Origin: Squalus acanthias
Lineage: Eukaryota
Assembly (NCBI GenBank): GCA_030390025.1
Contig: CM059432.1
Span: forward strand, 110,672,001-110,736,000
Direction of reading: 5' to 3'
Length of the DNA: 64,000 nt
Shown here: in pieces, positions 61,764 through 64,000 of the stretch
Layout: every line of letters begins with the position of its first letter
Position numbering within the stretch: position 1 is the stretch's first letter
Notes under the pieces: generated by a model
What the model saw: the letters and a program-made list of their open reading frames with translations, nothing else
The model's database searches: none
Told to the model about the DNA's origin: nothing
Position numbers and translations under genes: made by a program

Positions 61764-62629
61764 TAATGGTGGGAGTGCAGCATTGCCTGTATGTGAAATT
61801 TAAAGGGATTTTGACAATTTCAGTTGGGAATTTCCTTAGAGCTGCTCCTGCACCACCACTGTAACTTTGCCATAAATTCTTACAGCCTTTGGAAAAGTAC
61901 CAAACACGTCAATCCATTGTTAGTGTTTGCCAAGGGTGAAGGGCGAGATGACAATTATGTCAAAGGCAAATATAAAGGAAAAGGAATTCCAATGTGCAGT
62001 ATGATTCTGCGGGTACATGATAGAGCAGCCTAGCTTTCAATCTGTCTGATGACTGCTGAAGTGGAGGTGGCATTGCCTTGTTTGTCACTTCATGGTGCCA
62101 TCTCCATAGGCCAGAGTTACAGCATGTTTTGAAGGAGATGGAGGCAGGCTTGAGGTGGCTGAAGTTGCAGGTGTACTTGCAGCAGATGGCACAGCTCTGC
62201 ATCTGGTTCTCTAATGACCCAGATCCTGCAAAGATAGGTCCCCGAGGCTGTTACTAGGTAGATGTACCAGGGCTTATAGTTGGTGGCATTTTGGTGGGTG
62301 AGGCCAATCAGGGCACAAGCTGCTTTTCATCCTGGCATGCCATATTTAATGCAATGCTACTGAAAGCATGTCATAATATGGTTGGGGCTCTTCCATTGAA
62401 ACATCCAACATCACAATTAGTCAGATATTCACATGTCCCAGTGGTGTCTTCAGATCTGCTGTCACAGCTTGCTTTGGGAACAGAAGCCTCTACATGCATG
62501 AATTGTCTCCCAAAGCGAGGTATTTTGATCTCTGTCTGGAGATGCTGGAAATGTGAATACCATTGAGGGCAGTCTAACCTGCCTAGCATCCCTCGGTAGG
62601 GTTTCCTCTTCTTCCTAACACTTCAGATA

Positions 62630-62768
62630 GAGGATTCAAGGGATATGGAGATCGGGCGGGAAAGTGGAGTTGAGGTCGAAGATCAACCATGATCTTACTG
62701 AATGGTGGAGCAGGCTCGAGGGGCCGTATGGCCTACTCCTGCTCTTATTTCTTATGTTCTTATTCCTA
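62630..62768 (+). mobile_element. CR1 LINE 3' tail
   Basis: KGYGDRAGKWS* then GGAGCAGGCTCGAGGGGCCG and TTCTTATG repeats. Confidence 0.8.
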
Positions 62769-62967
62769 TTGGGAAAAGCATTGGTGCTAGTAATCGTGCT
62801 GGCCAGGTAAAATATAATTTAGAACACGTGGCACATAGTGTCTTAAGTGCCAGCAAACAAATGATCAAGAAGAGTCCAGGAATGTCCTAAAGACTTCCCT
62901 TTATACAGCAGTGCCCTTTAAATGAATTTCTGTCTGAATTGGACATCCTACAAAGTATCACTAAGTA

Positions 62968-63352
62968 TTTACAGCACAGAAACAGGCCATTCGCTCCAAC
63001 TGGTCCGTGCCAGTGTTTATGCTCCATACACCCCTCTTCATCTCACCCTATCAGCATCTCCTTCTATTCCTTTCTCCCTCATGTGCTTATCCAGCTTCCC
63101 CTTAAATGCAACTATGATATTCACCTCAACTACTCCCTGTGGTAGCGAGTTCCACATTCTAACCACTCTCTGGGTAAAGAAGTTTCTCCTGAATTTTCTA
63201 TTGGATTTATCAATGACTATCTTATATTTAGGGCCCATAATTCTGGTCTCGCCCATAAGTGGAAATATCTTCTCTATGTCTATCCTATCAAACCCTTTCA
63301 TAGTCTTGAAGACCTCTATCAGGTCACCCCTCAGTCTTCTCTTTTCTCGAGA
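62968..63352 (-). mobile_element. CR1 LINE 3' fragment
   Basis: RRLRGDLIEVFK...FFTQRVVRMWNSLP; closely resembles 16600-17000. Confidence 0.88.
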
Positions 63353-63355
63353 TTC

Positions 63356-63850
63356 TGGCGAGAAATTCATATACTTACCGACACCTGTTAGCGCCAGTGA
63401 TTCTCGAAAAAATGGCGGCCACCACTCCTGCGCCAGCTGGAGGTGGTCCCAGCGGCGGCCGCCAAATTTGTGGGACCTTTTGCGCTGCTGGTAACCGGCA
63501 ACGCCCTGTAAAAAAAAATGGTGGCGTGGTGACGTCAGTCGGCGTACAACGTCGACTTAACATCACCTACGCAAACTTTGACCCTAGCACTCAATTCAGT
63601 GCCGGGTCCTAAGCATGCCAGGTTAACCTGGTGTGCAAGCAGGCTGACAGACGCTGACAGGGGCGATATCTGCAGCTGTTAAAGTGACACACACATCAAT
63701 CAGGTAAGTTTGAATGGAAGGGTTTGGCCTTGGTTTTTTGGATTTTAGTGAAGTAGTGTCTTGCTGCAATATATGTGAAAAGTTTTTAAGTGTTTTGGGA
63801 GTGCTCCTGGATGCTTGCAAGGGCTCGGATGGTAAGTGAATGCCTTTGAG
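63356..63850. mobile_element. Possible Harbinger-type non-autonomous element (right end not identified)
   Basis: Starts TGGCGAGAAATTC at a CR1 breakpoint; contains TTAGCGCC; CpG-rich. Confidence 0.4.
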
Positions 63851-64000
63851 AAGACAGAACATGCCGAGAATACTCAGCAGGTCACGCTACATCCGTGGAG
63901 TTCACGTCTCAGGTCTACATGCTGCCTGGCTGAATCTTTGCAGCATCTTATGCTGTCATTTCACATTTACAGCATCCGCTTGCAGAGGGAAGAGGAAGAC

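Noticed and set aside
63371..63379. ATACTTACC, matching the U1 snRNA 5' end
   Set aside because: Match stops after 9 nt; just the complement of a splice-donor consensus inside a repeat
63855..63980. Degenerate inverted repeat (AATACTCAGCAGGTCA...TGCCTGGCTGAATCTT) resembling a common shark repeat
   Set aside because: Too short and decayed to classify from sequence alone

Overview
Repeat-dense vertebrate genomic DNA, most likely a shark or other cartilaginous fish (inferred from SacSINE1/DeuSINE-like SINEs and dense CR1 LINEs). The only host coding sequence I can support is one 200-bp minus-strand exon of OXR1 (30632-30831), so the rest is probably OXR1 intron. The main feature is an apparently intact autonomous PIF/Harbinger transposon (4316-8478, TCA target duplication). 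It carries a 386-aa DDE transposase and a convergent three-exon, 458-aa Myb/SANT gene that the ORF track shows only in pieces. Around it are three decayed Harbinger relics and several Harbinger-type MITEs, one sharing ends with the intact element. There are many nested CR1 fragments and four tandem arrays: 50 bp, 30 bp with a CRE-palindrome core, 13 bp, and a ~20.5-kb G-rich 19-bp satellite that appears to have expanded inside a MITE. The long ORFs in the arrays are repeat artefacts. All family assignments come from recalled motifs; no database search was run.
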